This document shows positions 38,149 through 51,264 of a DNA stretch of 64,000 nucleotides, in pieces; position 1 is the first letter of the stretch; every line of letters starts with the position of its first letter. This DNA comes from an uncultured Anaerovorax sp. (lineage in GTDB: Bacteria; Bacillota; Clostridia; Peptostreptococcales; Anaerovoracaceae), in the NCBI GenBank assembly GCA_963521065.1, contig CAUQTI010000015.1:2095-66094 (forward strand), written 5' to 3'. A model generated the notes under the pieces. The model was given only the letters and a program-made list of their open reading frames with translations. It was not told where the DNA came from and made no database searches. The position numbers and the translations under genes are program-made.

Positions 38149-38256
38149 AAAACTTTTTATCATTTTCATTTCAACCAAGTCGGATAAAGCAGCAAAAGAT
38201 AACTATAAAAATAAATACAAAGAAACGTTCGTCGTTATTAAAGGAGGATATTTTAA

Positions 38257-39249
38257 ATGAATTCCATGAACCGAAACCTGGGATTAAGTCTTGCGCGTGT
38301 TACAGAAATCGCTGCCATTGAGTGCGGCAAATGGATGGGGCGGGGCGATAAAAATTCTGCGGATCAGGCAGCTGTAAATGGCATGCGCCGCATGTTTGAT
38401 ACCATTGACATTGATGGAACTGTTGTGATCGGAGAAGGAGAAAAGGACGAAGCACCGATGCTTTACATAGGGGAGCAAATTGGAAAAGCCAGTGCACATG
38501 CGCCGATGGTAGACATTGCGGTAGATCCTTTGGACGGAACGACCTCCACGGCAAAAGGCCTCTCTAATGCGATTTCTGTCATCGCGGTAGCACCAAAAGG
38601 AACCTTGTATAATACCGAAGTATATTATATGGAGAAAATAGCGGTAGGACCGGAAGCGAAGGGCTGTATCGACCTGAATAAGTCATTGAAAGACAATCTG
38701 CTGGCAGTAGCGGATGCGTTAGGTAAAAATATTGAGGATTTGACAGTGACGATACAGGAGCGTGACCGCCACAATGGGTATATAAAACAATGTCGTGAGC
38801 TTGGCTGCCGGATTAAGCTGTTTCGGGACGGAGACGTCGGAATGGCAATCGCAACCTGCATAGAAGACAGCGGGATTGATATTATGGTAGGAATCGGAGG
38901 TGCGCCGGAAGGCGTGCTGGCCGCGGCTGCCATGCGATGTCTGGGCGGAGAAATTCAAGGCAGGCTCTTTCCAATGACACAGGAAGAAAAGCTGAAAGCA
39001 CCAAAAGAAGACTTCGATCGTGTATTAACGATTGATGAACTGGTAAAATCGAACGAGGTTATCTTCGTGGCAACCGGTGTTTCTGACGGTGATATGCTAA
39101 GAGGAGTCCGTTATCTTTCCGGGAGTCGGGTGAAAACCCATTCTGTGGTTATGCGGGGTGAGACCGGAACCGTTCGTTATATTGAAGCGATTCATAACAT
39201 GGATAAAAAGAGTGCCTATGCAGATGTATATGCGGCACCGGGAGAGTAA
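38257..39249 (+). CDS. glpX: Fructose-1,6-bisphosphatase class II
   Basis: [76 protein letters not shown]. Confidence 0.95.
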   Translation: MNSMNRNLGLSLARVTEIAAIECGKWMGRGDKNSADQAAVNGMRRMFDTIDIDGTVVIGEGEKDEAPMLYIGEQIGKASAHAPMVDIAVDPLDGTTSTAKGLSNAISVIAVAPKGTLYNTEVYYMEKIAVGPEAKGCIDLNKSLKDNLLAVADALGKNIEDLTVTIQERDRHNGYIKQCRELGCRIKLFRDGDVGMAIATCIEDSGIDIMVGIGGAPEGVLAAAAMRCLGGEIQGRLFPMTQEEKLKAPKEDFDRVLTIDELVKSNEVIFVATGVSDGDMLRGVRYLSGSRVKTHSVVMRGETGTVRYIEAIHNMDKKSAYADVYAAPGE

Positions 39250-39251
39250 AG

Positions 39252-40757
39252 ATGAGTGAAAAAATGGACTTGATGCTCCTTCGAACGAAGAAGGTGGCGG
39301 AGCTGCGTGAGATTGCGCGGCATATGAACCTCTCCGGATTTGAAAAAATGAAGAAATCAGAACTTCTGGAGAAAATCACACATTCTGAGGAATCTAGTTC
39401 TCCGGCAGAAGAGGAGAAAGAGGAAGCGTGCAAAGAAGGCCAAAGCTCACTTAACGTAACAAAGCCAATCACACCGCAGGAAAAAGCCCAACCGGCAGAA
39501 AAAACGCTGCAGGACGCTCCGGCGGAACCGGCAGCAATCCCGGAAACAGCGAAACTTGAGCCACCCAAAGAGGAACCGGCAGTCAAAAGAGAGCGTACTT
39601 ATTCGCAGGAGGAGCGGCCGGAAGTAGAAGGTATTTTAGATATTGCAGAGGGTGGATTCGGTTTTCTGCGTTTTCATAATTTTTTAACCAGCGATCGAGA
39701 TGTTTATGTATCTCCCTCACAAATTCGCCGCTTTAACTTAAAAAAGGGAGATAAAATCCGGGGGATTACAAGAAAGCCCAATGAAGGAGAAAAGTTTGGA
39801 GCTTTACTTTATGTAAAACAAGTAAATGGAGACGAGCCGGGCGTAGCGATTCGCAGACCTGATTTTGATGAGCTGACTCCGATTTTTCCAAACAAGAGGA
39901 TGACTCTTGAAGATGGAAGAGACCTTTCCATGCGGCTGATTGATTTGGTTGCACCAATTGGAAAGGGCCAAAGAGGATTGATTGTTGCGCCGCCGAAAGC
40001 AGGTAAAACTGTACTTTTGAAAAAAGTAGCGAACAATATTGAGAAAAAATATCCGGAGGTTGAATTGATTGTTCTTTTGGTGGACGAGCGCCCGGAGGAA
40101 GTTACGGATATGCAGCGTTCCATAAAAGGAGAGGTTATTTATTCTACCTTTGATGAATTGCCTGCAAACCATGTGAAGGTTGCGGAAATGGTTTTGGCTC
40201 GCGCGCAGCGACTGGTAGAGCACGGGAAAGATGTCGTAATTCTTTTAGATAGTATTACCCGTCTCGCCAGAGCATACAATCTCGTTGTTCCGGCTTCGGG
40301 CAGAACCCTGTCGGGTGGACTTGACCCGGGTGCCCTGCACAAGCCTAAAAAGTTTTTTGGAGCCGCTCGTAATATGGAGGAAGGCGGAAGCATTACCGTT
40401 TTAGCCACAGCGCTTGTAGAGACGGGAAGCCGGATGGATGATGTAATTTTTGAAGAATTTAAGGGAACCGGCAATATGGAGCTGCATTTAGACCGAAAGC
40501 TTTCTGAAAAGAGAATCTTCCCGGCAATCAATTTAAATAAATCAGGAACAAGAAGAGAAGACCTCCTAATGTCACAGGAGGAAATGGAAGTGGTTTGGAT
40601 TATGCGGCGTGCCATGGCAAATGTCGGAACGCAGGAGGTCACAGAAAAAATTATTGACCAACTGATGCATACAAAGAACAATGAAGATTTCATACAGGTT
40701 TTGAAGAAAATTCATTTAGAGGAGAATCAAAACCAAGCAAACGGCAGAGACCGTTAA
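39252..40757 (+). CDS. rho: Transcription termination factor Rho
   Basis: [74 protein letters not shown]. Confidence 0.97.
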   Translation: MSEKMDLMLLRTKKVAELREIARHMNLSGFEKMKKSELLEKITHSEESSSPAEEEKEEACKEGQSSLNVTKPITPQEKAQPAEKTLQDAPAEPAAIPETAKLEPPKEEPAVKRERTYSQEERPEVEGILDIAEGGFGFLRFHNFLTSDRDVYVSPSQIRRFNLKKGDKIRGITRKPNEGEKFGALLYVKQVNGDEPGVAIRRPDFDELTPIFPNKRMTLEDGRDLSMRLIDLVAPIGKGQRGLIVAPPKAGKTVLLKKVANNIEKKYPEVELIVLLVDERPEEVTDMQRSIKGEVIYSTFDELPANHVKVAEMVLARAQRLVEHGKDVVILLDSITRLARAYNLVVPASGRTLSGGLDPGALHKPKKFFGAARNMEEGGSITVLATALVETGSRMDDVIFEEFKGTGNMELHLDRKLSEKRIFPAINLNKSGTRREDLLMSQEEMEVVWIMRRAMANVGTQEVTEKIIDQLMHTKNNEDFIQVLKKIHLEENQNQANGRDR

Positions 40758-40767
40758 GAGGAAGACT

Positions 40768-41838
40768 ATGGATTTCAGTAAAATATTTATAAAAAGCGCT
40801 TCCCCAACGAAAGTGGGAGGCCAAGCGATTCTGGAAGGAATCATGATGCGAGGAAAGGACCGTATCGCAACCGTCCTTAGAAAACCGGATGGTGGAATGC
40901 ATATGAAAGTGGATCCGCTGAAAAAACCTAGTAAGTGGAAAAAAATACCGATTGTGCGCGGTGTTGTTGCTTTTGTGGACTCTTTGGTGACGGGAACCGG
41001 CATTCTTCTTTATTCCGCAGAAATGCTCGAGCAATTTGACACGGAAACCGTCTATGAAAAAGATAAAATGACAATATGGCTGGAAAAGCATTTTGGAGAA
41101 AAAGGCGCATTTAGTGCTATGCTTTACTTTTCCGTTGTGCTCGCAGTTCTCTTTACCGTTGGGATTTTTATTATTTTGCCGACGGCGTTGGTCAGTGCCG
41201 CAAAATATATCACAGAAAATCACATCGTATTGAATTTGATTGAAGGCATACTTCGAATCTTGATGTTCGTCGTGTACATTAGTGTGATTTCAAAAATGGA
41301 GGATATTAAAAAAGTATTCCAATACCATGGAGCAGAGCACAAGACAATCCACTGCTATGAGAATAAGCTGGAACTGACGCCAGAGAATGCACAGCAATTT
41401 GAAACCCTCCATCCTAGATGCGGAACAAGTTTTTTGATGTTTGTGATGGTAATCAGCTTACTGCTGTTTTCTCTGTTGGGATGGCCCAATCTGTGGATTC
41501 GGATTGGCTCCCGCTTACTTTTAATTCCCGTTGTTGCAGGGCTTTCGTATGAGCTTCTGCAATGGGCAGGGAGAAGTGACTCATGGATTGTAAAAGTGCT
41601 GAGTGTGCCGGGACTTCTTCTTCAGATGCTGACGACAAAGCGGCCGGATGAAGATCAGCTTGCGATTGCGATTGCGGCGATGAAGGAAGTTTTAAAAGAA
41701 GATGAGCCGCGTTCCTATGTTGCGGAATGCGGGCCGGACGGCATTTTTAAAGAAATCTTTGAAGCTGAGATTGCAGAAAGTGAAGAAATAGAACAAGAAA
41801 AGCAGGATAAAGAAACGACAGACCGAGGTGAGGACTAG
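40768..41838 (+). CDS. DUF1385 domain membrane protein
   Basis: GGQAILEGIMMRG, P.VRG, FQYHGAEHKTIHCYE, HPRCGTSF; typical rho/prmC neighbourhood. Confidence 0.88.
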   Translation: MDFSKIFIKSASPTKVGGQAILEGIMMRGKDRIATVLRKPDGGMHMKVDPLKKPSKWKKIPIVRGVVAFVDSLVTGTGILLYSAEMLEQFDTETVYEKDKMTIWLEKHFGEKGAFSAMLYFSVVLAVLFTVGIFIILPTALVSAAKYITENHIVLNLIEGILRILMFVVYISVISKMEDIKKVFQYHGAEHKTIHCYENKLELTPENAQQFETLHPRCGTSFLMFVMVISLLLFSLLGWPNLWIRIGSRLLLIPVVAGLSYELLQWAGRSDSWIVKVLSVPGLLLQMLTTKRPDEDQLAIAIAAMKEVLKEDEPRSYVAECGPDGIFKEIFEAEIAESEEIEQEKQDKETTDRGED

Positions 41839-41841
41839 CGT

Positions 41842-42735
41842 ATGGGGTTAATGATAAAAGAGTTGCTGGCAATTGCTGAAAGAAGACTTTCGGCTGCCTC
41901 CTGCATGGATCCCCGGCTGGATGCCGAGCTTTTACTCTGCGATTTGCTGAAAAGAGAGCGCAGTTTTCTCTTTACCCATATTGGAGATGATTTGGATGAT
42001 CGGCGGTGTGAATTTTATTTTGAAGTAATTGATGTGCGAGCAAGCGGAAAACCGTTACAGCACATTTTGGGCAATCAGGAGTTTATGGGACTGCGTCTCA
42101 AGGTCAATGAAGATGTATTGATTCCCAGACAGGATACAGAAACCCTCGTAGAAACAGCATTACAATATTTAAAGGAAAAAAAAGCAACAACAGGCGGCTT
42201 TGAAATTCTTGACCTGTGTTGCGGGAGCGGAGCAATCGGTATCAGCCTGGCCTATTATTTAGAAGCGGTTAAAGTAAAAATTACGGCTTCTGATTATAGT
42301 GAAAAGGCACTCCTCGTGGCAAAGGAGAACGCCTCAGGCTATCGCCCGGCAAAGGGAATTACCTTTGTAAAAAGCGATTTATTTGATGCGTTCCCTAAAA
42401 ATAAAAAAGGCAAAGCAAAGCGGCCGTTTGATCTTATTGTTTCAAACCCGCCTTACATACCGAGCGAGATTATTCCAACCTTGCAGAGAGAGGTTTCCTG
42501 CTTTGAACCTAAGATGGCATTAGACGGTGGTACGGATGGATTAGATTTTTACAGACGGATTGCGGCAGAAGCCGGAAATTATTTGAAAAAAGACGGACTC
42601 TTGCTTCTTGAAATCGGGCATGACCAGGCAGAAGCCGTGACTGAACTTTTAAGAGAAAGCGCTTTCTTTGAGACGATTGAAACAAAACAGGATTTAGCGG
42701 GGAAAGACCGTATCATATGGGCGAAAGTGGAATAA
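41842..42735 (+). CDS. prmC: Release factor glutamine methyltransferase
   Basis: PLQHILG..EF, VLIPRQDTE, LDLCCGSGAI, SNPPY, EP.MALDGG.DGL, LEIG. Confidence 0.95.
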   Translation: MGLMIKELLAIAERRLSAASCMDPRLDAELLLCDLLKRERSFLFTHIGDDLDDRRCEFYFEVIDVRASGKPLQHILGNQEFMGLRLKVNEDVLIPRQDTETLVETALQYLKEKKATTGGFEILDLCCGSGAIGISLAYYLEAVKVKITASDYSEKALLVAKENASGYRPAKGITFVKSDLFDAFPKNKKGKAKRPFDLIVSNPPYIPSEIIPTLQREVSCFEPKMALDGGTDGLDFYRRIAAEAGNYLKKDGLLLLEIGHDQAEAVTELLRESAFFETIETKQDLAGKDRIIWAKVE

Positions 42736-42792
42736 AGTGCATAATAAGATGAAAAACATCGCTGCTTGGATAAAATAAAAGCAAAAAAATAC

Positions 42793-42821
42793 TTGCGGCA
42801 AATCAGAGCTTGTGCTAATAT
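42793..42821 (+). promoter_or_regulatory. Putative sigma-A promoter for rpmE with a roughly 95 nt leader
   Basis: TTGCGG-N17-TAATAT with TG extension. The leader contains complementary TATCGTG and CACGATA. Confidence 0.45.
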
Positions 42822-42923
42822 ATAAGAGCTATCGTGTATAGGGATTCGTATCTAAGACAGATATGGCAGATAGATAATATTATTTTCACGATATGTGGAA
42901 ATACCAGGAAAGAGGTGAAAAAC

Positions 42924-43124
42924 ATGAAAGAGGGAATTCATCCAGATTACAAAGAATGCAAAGTTACATGTGCATGTGGAAACACATTTGTTACAAAATC
43001 AACAAAAGAAGAGTTGAGATTAGACGTATGTTCTGCTTGCCATCCGTTCTTTACAGGACAGCAGAAGTTCATTAATCGAGGCGGACGTGTAGAAAAGTTC
43101 AAGAAAAAGTTCAATATCGAATAG
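42924..43124 (+). CDS. rpmE: 50S ribosomal protein L31 (zinc-binding type)
   Basis: [17 protein letters not shown]...[15 protein letters not shown]...GGRVEKF. ATG at 42924 follows GAGGTG. Confidence 0.95.
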   Translation: MKEGIHPDYKECKVTCACGNTFVTKSTKEELRLDVCSACHPFFTGQQKFINRGGRVEKFKKKFNIE

Positions 43125-43129
43125 CAACA

Positions 43130-43165
43130 AAAAAACCTGGAAATATAGATTTCAGGTTTTTTTTT
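43130..43165 (+). terminator. Intrinsic terminator after rpmE
   Basis: AAAAAACCTGGAAAT...ATTTCAGGTTTTTTTT. Confidence 0.7.
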
Positions 43166-43243
43166 AAGCCCTTTTGTGGTAAAATAGTTCAGATATAGTG
43201 AGAAAAACCGAAAAAATATTTTTATGCGGGAGTGAATAGATTC

Positions 43244-44311
43244 ATGTACGATAAATTAAAATTTATTGAGGAAAAATACGAGGAGCTCAGCCTTAAGGTT
43301 TCCGATCCTGATGTAATCAACAATCAGGTGGTTTGGCAGAAGCACATCAAAGAGATGAGCGAAATGGAGCCGATTGTCAATAAATATAAAGAATACAAAA
43401 AAGTCAGTGATGATTTGCAGGCCACGAAAGAGCTTTTATCCGAAAATGGATTGGATGAAGAGATGCGGGAAATGGCTAAAATGGAGCTGTCTGATTTAGA
43501 AGATCAAAAGGAGAGCATCAGCGATGCGCTTCGTGTTCTTCTGTTGCCGAAGGATCCAAATGATGAAAAAAACGTTATCTTAGAAGTGCGTGCAGGAACT
43601 GGCGGCGATGAAGCAGCCCTTTTTGGTGCAGACCTTCTTCGAATGTATACACGGTATGCAGAACGACGCGGTTGGAAAACCGAGTTGATGGACTTGAATG
43701 ATACCGATATTGGGGGCATAAAAGAAGCCGTAGTCATTATAAAAGGAAAAGGCGCTTATTCTCGCTTGAAGTACGAAAGCGGGGTACACCGTGTGCAGCG
43801 TGTTCCTGAAACGGAGTCAAGCGGCAGAGTCCACACCTCAGCGGCAACCGTTGCCGTGCTGCCCGAAGTCGATGACGTTGAAGTGGAGATTAATCCAAAT
43901 GACGTTCGTGTTGACGTATACCGTTCCTCCGGAAACGGGGGGCAGTGCGTAAATACTACGGATTCTGCAGTTCGTTTGACACATATTCCAAGCGGGCTGG
44001 TCGTGACGTGCCAGGATGAAAAATCCCAGATAAAAAATAAAGACAAAGCCTTCAAGGTTTTAAAGGCAAGACTTTACGATATGGAAGTAAAAGCAAAGCA
44101 GGCGCAGGAAGCAGCTGCCCGAAAGAGTCAAGTTGGGAGCGGTGACCGAAGCGAACGAATTCGAACCTATAATTTCCCACAGGGGCGGGTTTCTGATCAC
44201 CGGATTGGTATGACAATTTATCGTTTGGATAATTTCCTTGACGGAGATATCGACGAGATTGTTGACGGACTTGTAACGACAGAGCAGGCAGAAAAAATGA
44301 AGAATTATTAA
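43244..44311 (+). CDS. prfA: Peptide chain release factor 1
   Basis: [22 protein letters not shown] (PxT), [16 protein letters not shown] (GGQ), [15 protein letters not shown]. Confidence 0.96.
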   Translation: MYDKLKFIEEKYEELSLKVSDPDVINNQVVWQKHIKEMSEMEPIVNKYKEYKKVSDDLQATKELLSENGLDEEMREMAKMELSDLEDQKESISDALRVLLLPKDPNDEKNVILEVRAGTGGDEAALFGADLLRMYTRYAERRGWKTELMDLNDTDIGGIKEAVVIIKGKGAYSRLKYESGVHRVQRVPETESSGRVHTSAATVAVLPEVDDVEVEINPNDVRVDVYRSSGNGGQCVNTTDSAVRLTHIPSGLVVTCQDEKSQIKNKDKAFKVLKARLYDMEVKAKQAQEAAARKSQVGSGDRSERIRTYNFPQGRVSDHRIGMTIYRLDNFLDGDIDEIVDGLVTTEQAEKMKNY

Positions 44312-44343
44312 TTTGAACAGGCAAACATAGAAATGGAGCAAAC

Positions 44344-45372
44344 ATGGAAACCAAACTGATTGATGCAACCGATTTGAAAAAGGCAGAAGTGCAGCTGAAA
44401 GAAGCCGCATCCCTTTTGCGTACCGGCGGTTTGGTGGCTTTTCCGACAGAGACTGTGTACGGACTTGGAGCCGATGCCATGAACCCGGAGGCAGCGGAAA
44501 AAATTTATGCAGCAAAAGGCAGGCCTTCCGATAATCCCCTCATCGTTCATATCGCAAAAGAGGAAGAGCTGGGGAAGCTAACCGACGCGGTACCGGATGC
44601 CGCGAGGAAGCTGATGCAGCATTTCTGGCCGGGCCCTTTGACGATGATCTTTCGAAAAAGGGAGGACGTGCCGTATAAAACGACGGGAGGATTGGATACC
44701 GTGGCGGTGCGGATGCCGGATCATCCTGTTGCACTTGCCTTAATCTGTGAGTCAGGTTGTCCGATTGCGGCACCGAGCGCAAATCTTTCAGGAAGGCCCA
44801 GTCCGACGGAATGGGAGCATGTGTATCAAGATTTAAACGGAGCTGTCGATATGATTGTAAAGGGAGGCCCTTGCAGGGTAGGGATTGAATCGACCGTACT
44901 TGATATGACCGGAGAGGTTCCGATGGTGTTGCGTCCGGGCATTTTGACGCCGGAGCAAATCAGTAAAGTAACCGGCGGAAAGGTCATTTTAGATCCGGCT
45001 TTGTTAGTCCACAGACCGCGAGATGTCAGCGGAGAGGGAGCACCTCCTCCTAAGGCACCCGGTATGAAATATAAGCATTATGCACCGAAAGCGGAAATGA
45101 TGATCTTGCAGGGAGAATCTGACCGCATAAAAGAAAAGATGAAGCATATTGCACAAGAAATGGAAATGCAGGGAAAGAAAGTAGGCATCATTTTATTCGA
45201 AGAAAATGACTTTGAACAAGCAGCACATGACTTTTTTTCCAAGCTGCGAGAGATGGACGGAGCACAGGTCGATCTTATTTTGGCCGGTGCATTGAGCGAT
45301 GAAAATTCAATCGGATTTGCAGTGATGAACCGGATGTGGAAATCAGCGGGATATCACATCATCCATGTTTAG
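44344..45372 (+). CDS. sua5: L-threonylcarbamoyladenylate synthase (Sua5 type)
   Basis: VAFPTETVYGLGA, KGRPSDNPLIVH, WPGPLT, AAPSANLSG.PSPT, GIESTV, APGMKYKHYAP. Confidence 0.93.
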   Translation: METKLIDATDLKKAEVQLKEAASLLRTGGLVAFPTETVYGLGADAMNPEAAEKIYAAKGRPSDNPLIVHIAKEEELGKLTDAVPDAARKLMQHFWPGPLTMIFRKREDVPYKTTGGLDTVAVRMPDHPVALALICESGCPIAAPSANLSGRPSPTEWEHVYQDLNGAVDMIVKGGPCRVGIESTVLDMTGEVPMVLRPGILTPEQISKVTGGKVILDPALLVHRPRDVSGEGAPPPKAPGMKYKHYAPKAEMMILQGESDRIKEKMKHIAQEMEMQGKKVGIILFEENDFEQAAHDFFSKLREMDGAQVDLILAGALSDENSIGFAVMNRMWKSAGYHIIHV

Positions 45373-45382
45373 GAGGAAACGT

Positions 45383-46461
<1,079 letters not shown>

Positions 46462-46536
46462 AACCAATTTTTGATTTTATTTGACCGGTCCGGATAATAA
46501 TAACAACATCGAAGGATGTAAGGATAGGTGATAGAT

Positions 46537-47796
46537 ATGTATAAGATTGACGATAATGTAAGTAAACATACGAATGTATTTGACGTCTTAAAAGAAAGAG
46601 GATTTATAAAGCAGACAACACATGAAGATGAAATCCGCGAGCTTTTAGGTAAGGAAAAAATCAAGTTTTATATTGGCTTCGATCCGACGGCAGACAGCTT
46701 GCACGTAGGACATTTCATGCAGATTATTATTATGATGTATATGCAGAAGTATGGCCATACTCCTATCGTTTTGGTTGGAGGCGGTACGGGAATGATTGGT
46801 GACCCGTCCGGAAGAACGGACATGCGTCAGATGATGACAAGAGAAACCGTTATGGCAAACTGTAATCACTTCACAAGCTTGTTTAATCAATTCATTGATT
46901 TTTCCGATGAAAAGGCGATTGCAGTGAATAATGCCGACTGGCTTTGGGATTTAAACTATATTGACTTTATCCGCGACATCGGCAGACATTTTTCAGTAAA
47001 TAACATGCTGCGTGCAGAATGCTTTAAAAAGCGTTTGGAAACAGGCCTTTCTTTTCTGGAGTTTAATTACATGCTGATGCAGTCCTATGATTTTTTAGAA
47101 TTGAAAAAAAGACATGGCTGTAAGATGCAGTTCGGCGGAGACGACCAATGGTCCAATATCTTGGGCGGAGTGGACTTAGTTCGAAGGGAACTTAGTGAGC
47201 AGGTATATGGTATGACCTTCTCTCTTCTGACCACAAGCGAAGGTGTAAAGATGGGGAAAACGCAGAAAGGCGCACTGTGGCTGAATCCGGAAAAGACGAG
47301 TCCGTATGAGTTTTATCAATATTGGAGAAATGTTGAGGATGCCGACGTGCATACCTGTCTTTCCATGCTGACCTTCCTGCCGATGGAAGAAGTAGAACGC
47401 TTGTCTTCCTTGGAAGGAGCAGAGATTAATAAAGCAAAAGAAATTTTGGCTTATGAGATAACGAAACTGGTCCACGGCGAGGAAGAAGCAGAAAAAGCGC
47501 AGTCTGCCGCAAGAGCTTTGTTTGCCGGCGGCGGTGCAATGGATCATGTGCCGACGACACAGATGGATGCTTCTCGCTTTGAGGGTGACGGTGTAGGTGT
47601 TGTTTCTCTCATCAAGGAGATCGGACTTGTTCCAAGTAACACAGAGGGATTCCGCACAATTGAGCAGGGTGGATTAAGCATTGACGACGTTAAAGTAACA
47701 GATAAAAAGCTTATTTTGACAAAGGAAATGTTTAAGGACAATGCCATTCTGATAAAAAAAGGGAAGAAAACCTTCCATAGAGTAGAGTTGGTTTAA
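46537..47796 (+). CDS. tyrS: Tyrosine--tRNA ligase
   Basis: [13 protein letters not shown] (HIGH-like), [25 protein letters not shown] (KMSKS-like), C-terminal S4 domain with KGKK. Confidence 0.96.
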   Translation: MYKIDDNVSKHTNVFDVLKERGFIKQTTHEDEIRELLGKEKIKFYIGFDPTADSLHVGHFMQIIIMMYMQKYGHTPIVLVGGGTGMIGDPSGRTDMRQMMTRETVMANCNHFTSLFNQFIDFSDEKAIAVNNADWLWDLNYIDFIRDIGRHFSVNNMLRAECFKKRLETGLSFLEFNYMLMQSYDFLELKKRHGCKMQFGGDDQWSNILGGVDLVRRELSEQVYGMTFSLLTTSEGVKMGKTQKGALWLNPEKTSPYEFYQYWRNVEDADVHTCLSMLTFLPMEEVERLSSLEGAEINKAKEILAYEITKLVHGEEEAEKAQSAARALFAGGGAMDHVPTTQMDASRFEGDGVGVVSLIKEIGLVPSNTEGFRTIEQGGLSIDDVKVTDKKLILTKEMFKDNAILIKKGKKTFHRVELV

Positions 47797-47811
47797 ATTT
47801 AAAAACAGAGT

Positions 47812-47866
47812 ACCGCCTTGAAAAACTGTAAAAGTTATTTTACGGGTTTTCGATGGCGGTTTCTTT
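47812..47866 (+). terminator. Intrinsic terminator after tyrS
   Basis: Long imperfect stem ACCGCC-TTGAAAAACTGTAAAA...TTTTACGGGTTTTCGAT-GGCGGT followed by TTCTTT. Confidence 0.65.
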
Positions 47867-47900
47867 GCAATTGCTGCTTTTTTAGAAAGGAATTGTATGT

Positions 47901-49880
47901 ATGAAAATGAAGCACCGGCAAAAAATTGGATTTGCAGTCTTTTTACTGCTTGCTTTGCTCATGGCAGCGGTGCCGGGTGTGAAAGCGTACATGGATCAGC
48001 AATATAAAAAAGAAATTTTGAGCCGGCTTACACAAGACGGTGCCCTGATTTACGGTGCCGATCAAAATGCGCCACCTTTACGCTTTTTAGATGAAGACGG
48101 TGTATATAAAGGGGTCGTAATTGATTTTATGAATCAGCTTTCTCTGGAGATGGGGGTAGAGATCAAAACGGTTCCCTATTTGTGGGAGGATGCGTTAACC
48201 GCGTTGGAAACAGGGGATACAGATATTTGCGATATGTTTATGGACAGCGAACGCAGCACAAAATATGCGGCGACAAAGCCCATTTATAACCTTCGAACGG
48301 TTCTTGCCATTCAAGGTGATGCAGATTTTACACTTCGAGATATTAACCGGATGCGCATTGCAACGCAAAAAGGGGACTATGCAAACGCATATTTAAAAAA
48401 GCACTATCCAAACGCCTCCTTGGTTTATGTGGCAGATGTACCCTCGGCAATGGAGCTTTTGGCGCAGGATAAAGTGGATGCGGTGATCGGTGATGAGCCT
48501 GTTGTCTACTACACGATGAGCCATGACAAGGCTTACAGTACCTTTAAATTAATCAATACCGCGTTATACGAAGAGGATGTGGTACTGGCGCTCAACAAAG
48601 AAAAGGCCGATTTAATTCCTATTTTGAACGATGCCATTGCAACGATTCGAAATAAAGGACAGCTTGAGAAGATACAGCAGAAGTGGTTTGGAATCTCGAC
48701 ACCCCTTTTAAAAAGTAATTCAGGCAGAGATTTTTTCAAATTTATAGGGATTCCTATGGGAGTCGCACTCGCTATCTTAATCCTTATTCTCTTTAACAAT
48801 CACGCATTGAAACGACAAGTAAAGGAACGCACTGCGGAGCTTGAAGACAGCCGCAACGAGCTGCAGATGATTTTTGACGGTATTACAGAATATATTGCAG
48901 TAATCAGTAAAGAGAAAAGCATCCTAAATGCCAATCAAGGATTGATGAACTGTCTGCATAAAAATCAGGAAGAGGTTTTTGGGAAGGGCTGCAAAAGTCT
49001 GTTCTTTACGCTTTGCAAGGATTGCAATTGTTGCCCGATTGATGAATGTATGGCCACTGGGGGAACTGTTAAGAGAGAAATCGCAATCGAGAGTGAAATG
49101 TATGAAATGGCTGTTTATGGACTTGCGGACACTCAAAGTGGAGTTTTAATCACATTGCGAAACATTTCCCTTGAAAAGATACGGCGTAACCAGCTTTTGC
49201 AATCCTCAAAGATGATTGCGATTGGACAGCTCGCCGCGGGAATGGCGCATGAAATCCGAAACCCGCTCGGAATCATAAGAACCCAGAGTTATCTATTGCG
49301 AAGCGGTGAACGTTTATCAGAGACGGCGAATAAGTCATTAGACTTCATTGATGCAAACATCAAGCGCGCAGGGGGAATCATTGATAATGTGATGAAGTTC
49401 TGGAGAGTTTCTGATGATCAGGCCGAACGCCTAAACCTGAGAGAAAGTATGGAGGATATGATAACCCTTCATAGTGAAGAGACAAAGAAGAAAAAAATCA
49501 CGATCTCCCTTGAGTGCGATGTGGATATTTGGGTCGATTGCAGTATAGAAACCTTGAAGCATATCCTGTTGAATTTAACCGCAAATGCCATTGATGCACT
49601 TCACGAAGGCGGCTTGCTCCGAATTTCAGGAGAACGACGCGAAGCCTCCTTTTGCATTATTTGCGAGGATAATGGAAGCGGTATTGATGAAAAGCATCTG
49701 GAGAATTTGTTTAATCCATTTTTTACGACAAAGGAACCGGGAAAAGGAACGGGCCTAGGACTTTTTATTGTATATTCTGAGGTGCAGAGGTTAAATGGAA
49801 CGATTGCCGTTGACAGCAAAATTGGAAAAGGCACGAAATTTACAATTGTAATTCCGCAGGAAGAGGAGGAAAAGGGATGA
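47901..49880 (+). CDS. Sensor histidine kinase with extracellular family-3 solute-binding domain and PAS-like region
   Basis: GADQNAPPL.F...G..ID...KWFG SBP_bac_3 pattern, TM helix, AAGMAHEIRNPL H-box, NLTANAIDA, DNGSGI, FNPFFTTK..GKGTGLGL. Confidence 0.9.
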   Translation: MKMKHRQKIGFAVFLLLALLMAAVPGVKAYMDQQYKKEILSRLTQDGALIYGADQNAPPLRFLDEDGVYKGVVIDFMNQLSLEMGVEIKTVPYLWEDALTALETGDTDICDMFMDSERSTKYAATKPIYNLRTVLAIQGDADFTLRDINRMRIATQKGDYANAYLKKHYPNASLVYVADVPSAMELLAQDKVDAVIGDEPVVYYTMSHDKAYSTFKLINTALYEEDVVLALNKEKADLIPILNDAIATIRNKGQLEKIQQKWFGISTPLLKSNSGRDFFKFIGIPMGVALAILILILFNNHALKRQVKERTAELEDSRNELQMIFDGITEYIAVISKEKSILNANQGLMNCLHKNQEEVFGKGCKSLFFTLCKDCNCCPIDECMATGGTVKREIAIESEMYEMAVYGLADTQSGVLITLRNISLEKIRRNQLLQSSKMIAIGQLAAGMAHEIRNPLGIIRTQSYLLRSGERLSETANKSLDFIDANIKRAGGIIDNVMKFWRVSDDQAERLNLRESMEDMITLHSEETKKKKITISLECDVDIWVDCSIETLKHILLNLTANAIDALHEGGLLRISGERREASFCIICEDNGSGIDEKHLENLFNPFFTTKEPGKGTGLGLFIVYSEVQRLNGTIAVDSKIGKGTKFTIVIPQEEEEKG

Positions 49881-51253
49881 TACCGGAAAATAATTTTAAA
49901 ATTCTCATTGTGGATGATGATGCGGATTATCGCGAAACGTATCAGATGCTACTTTGCAGTAAAGGCTATGAAATTGTTACGGCAGCGTCTGCGAAGGAAG
50001 CACTTGCGATTTTAGAGGAAGAATATTTTCCTTTGGTGATTACAGATATCCTTATGCCCGGCATTGACGGAATTGAATTTTTAAGACAGATAAAAAGTAT
50101 TTACAACAATGCGATTGAAGTGATTATGGTAACCGGATACGGGAGCATTGAGACCGCGGTACAGACAATGAAGATGGGGGCATTCGGTTACTTTATAAAA
50201 AGCCATGATCCGGAAGAAATGGTTATGGAGATACAAAAAGTAGAAAAGCTGGCAGAGCTTACAAACCTGAAAAGCAGCAATGAAATGCAGATTGAGAAAG
50301 ATGCACTATTTGGAAGCAAGAATAAGGAAATGCAGGAGCTGTGGGATCTTATACAGCAAGTTGCTGCATCGAAAGCCAGCATATTGATTATGGGAGAATC
50401 CGGTGTTGGGAAAGAAATTGTGGCAAAAAGGCTGCATCAAATCAGCGGGAGAGGAAAACGGCCGTTCATCCCATTGAATTGTCAGCATTATCCACAGAAT
50501 CTGATTGAATCGGAGCTGTTCGGCCATGAAAAAGGCGCATTTACGGGTGCTTTGACCAAACGAGTAGGGAAACTTGAAGAAACGAGCGGCGGTACTATAT
50601 TTCTTGATGAAATTGGAGATATGGACTTGGGAACTCAGGTAAAGCTTCTGCGCGTATTGGAAACAAGGCAGATTGAGAGAATCGGTTCGAACCGTTTGAT
50701 TAATGTGGATTTTCGCCTCGTTTCAGCCACAAATAAAAATGTATATGAGAAAGTAAAGCAGGGAAGCTTCCGCGAAGATTTTCTCTACCGTATCAACACC
50801 ATTGAGATTTACATTCCTCCGCTCAGAAAACGGCGCGAGGATTTAGAAGACTTTATTTTATTTTTTATCCATCGCTTCAGCAGGGAAACCGGAAAAGTGA
50901 TCTTAGAAGTAGAAGCAAAGACAAAGGAATTCTTATTAAATTACGATTACCCGGGAAATGTGAGAGAACTGAAAAATATTGTAGAGCGCCTGGTTATTTT
51001 AAGTAATGACGGCACTTTGAAAATGAATCAATCTGTACAGATAGAGACTTTTGAAAAAAATACTTCTTCATTAGAACAGGAAGGACTACTTTCTTATAAA
51101 GCAGCAAAACAAGAGTTCGAAAAAAAATATATTAAAGAGGCACTTTCCGCCTGCGGGAACAATATTACAAAAACCGCAGAGAAAATGGGAATGAGCAGGA
51201 GGCAGCTCTTTAATAAAATTGCAGAATATAAGATTGATACCGGTGAAAAATAG
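49877..51253 (+). CDS. Sigma-54-dependent response regulator (NtrC family)
   Basis: Receiver domain (VDDD, TDILMPG), [42 protein letters not shown], Fis-type HTH. Confidence 0.93.
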   Translation: MIPENNFKILIVDDDADYRETYQMLLCSKGYEIVTAASAKEALAILEEEYFPLVITDILMPGIDGIEFLRQIKSIYNNAIEVIMVTGYGSIETAVQTMKMGAFGYFIKSHDPEEMVMEIQKVEKLAELTNLKSSNEMQIEKDALFGSKNKEMQELWDLIQQVAASKASILIMGESGVGKEIVAKRLHQISGRGKRPFIPLNCQHYPQNLIESELFGHEKGAFTGALTKRVGKLEETSGGTIFLDEIGDMDLGTQVKLLRVLETRQIERIGSNRLINVDFRLVSATNKNVYEKVKQGSFREDFLYRINTIEIYIPPLRKRREDLEDFILFFIHRFSRETGKVILEVEAKTKEFLLNYDYPGNVRELKNIVERLVILSNDGTLKMNQSVQIETFEKNTSSLEQEGLLSYKAAKQEFEKKYIKEALSACGNNITKTAEKMGMSRRQLFNKIAEYKIDTGEK

Positions 51254-51264
51254 AGAAGAACGGA

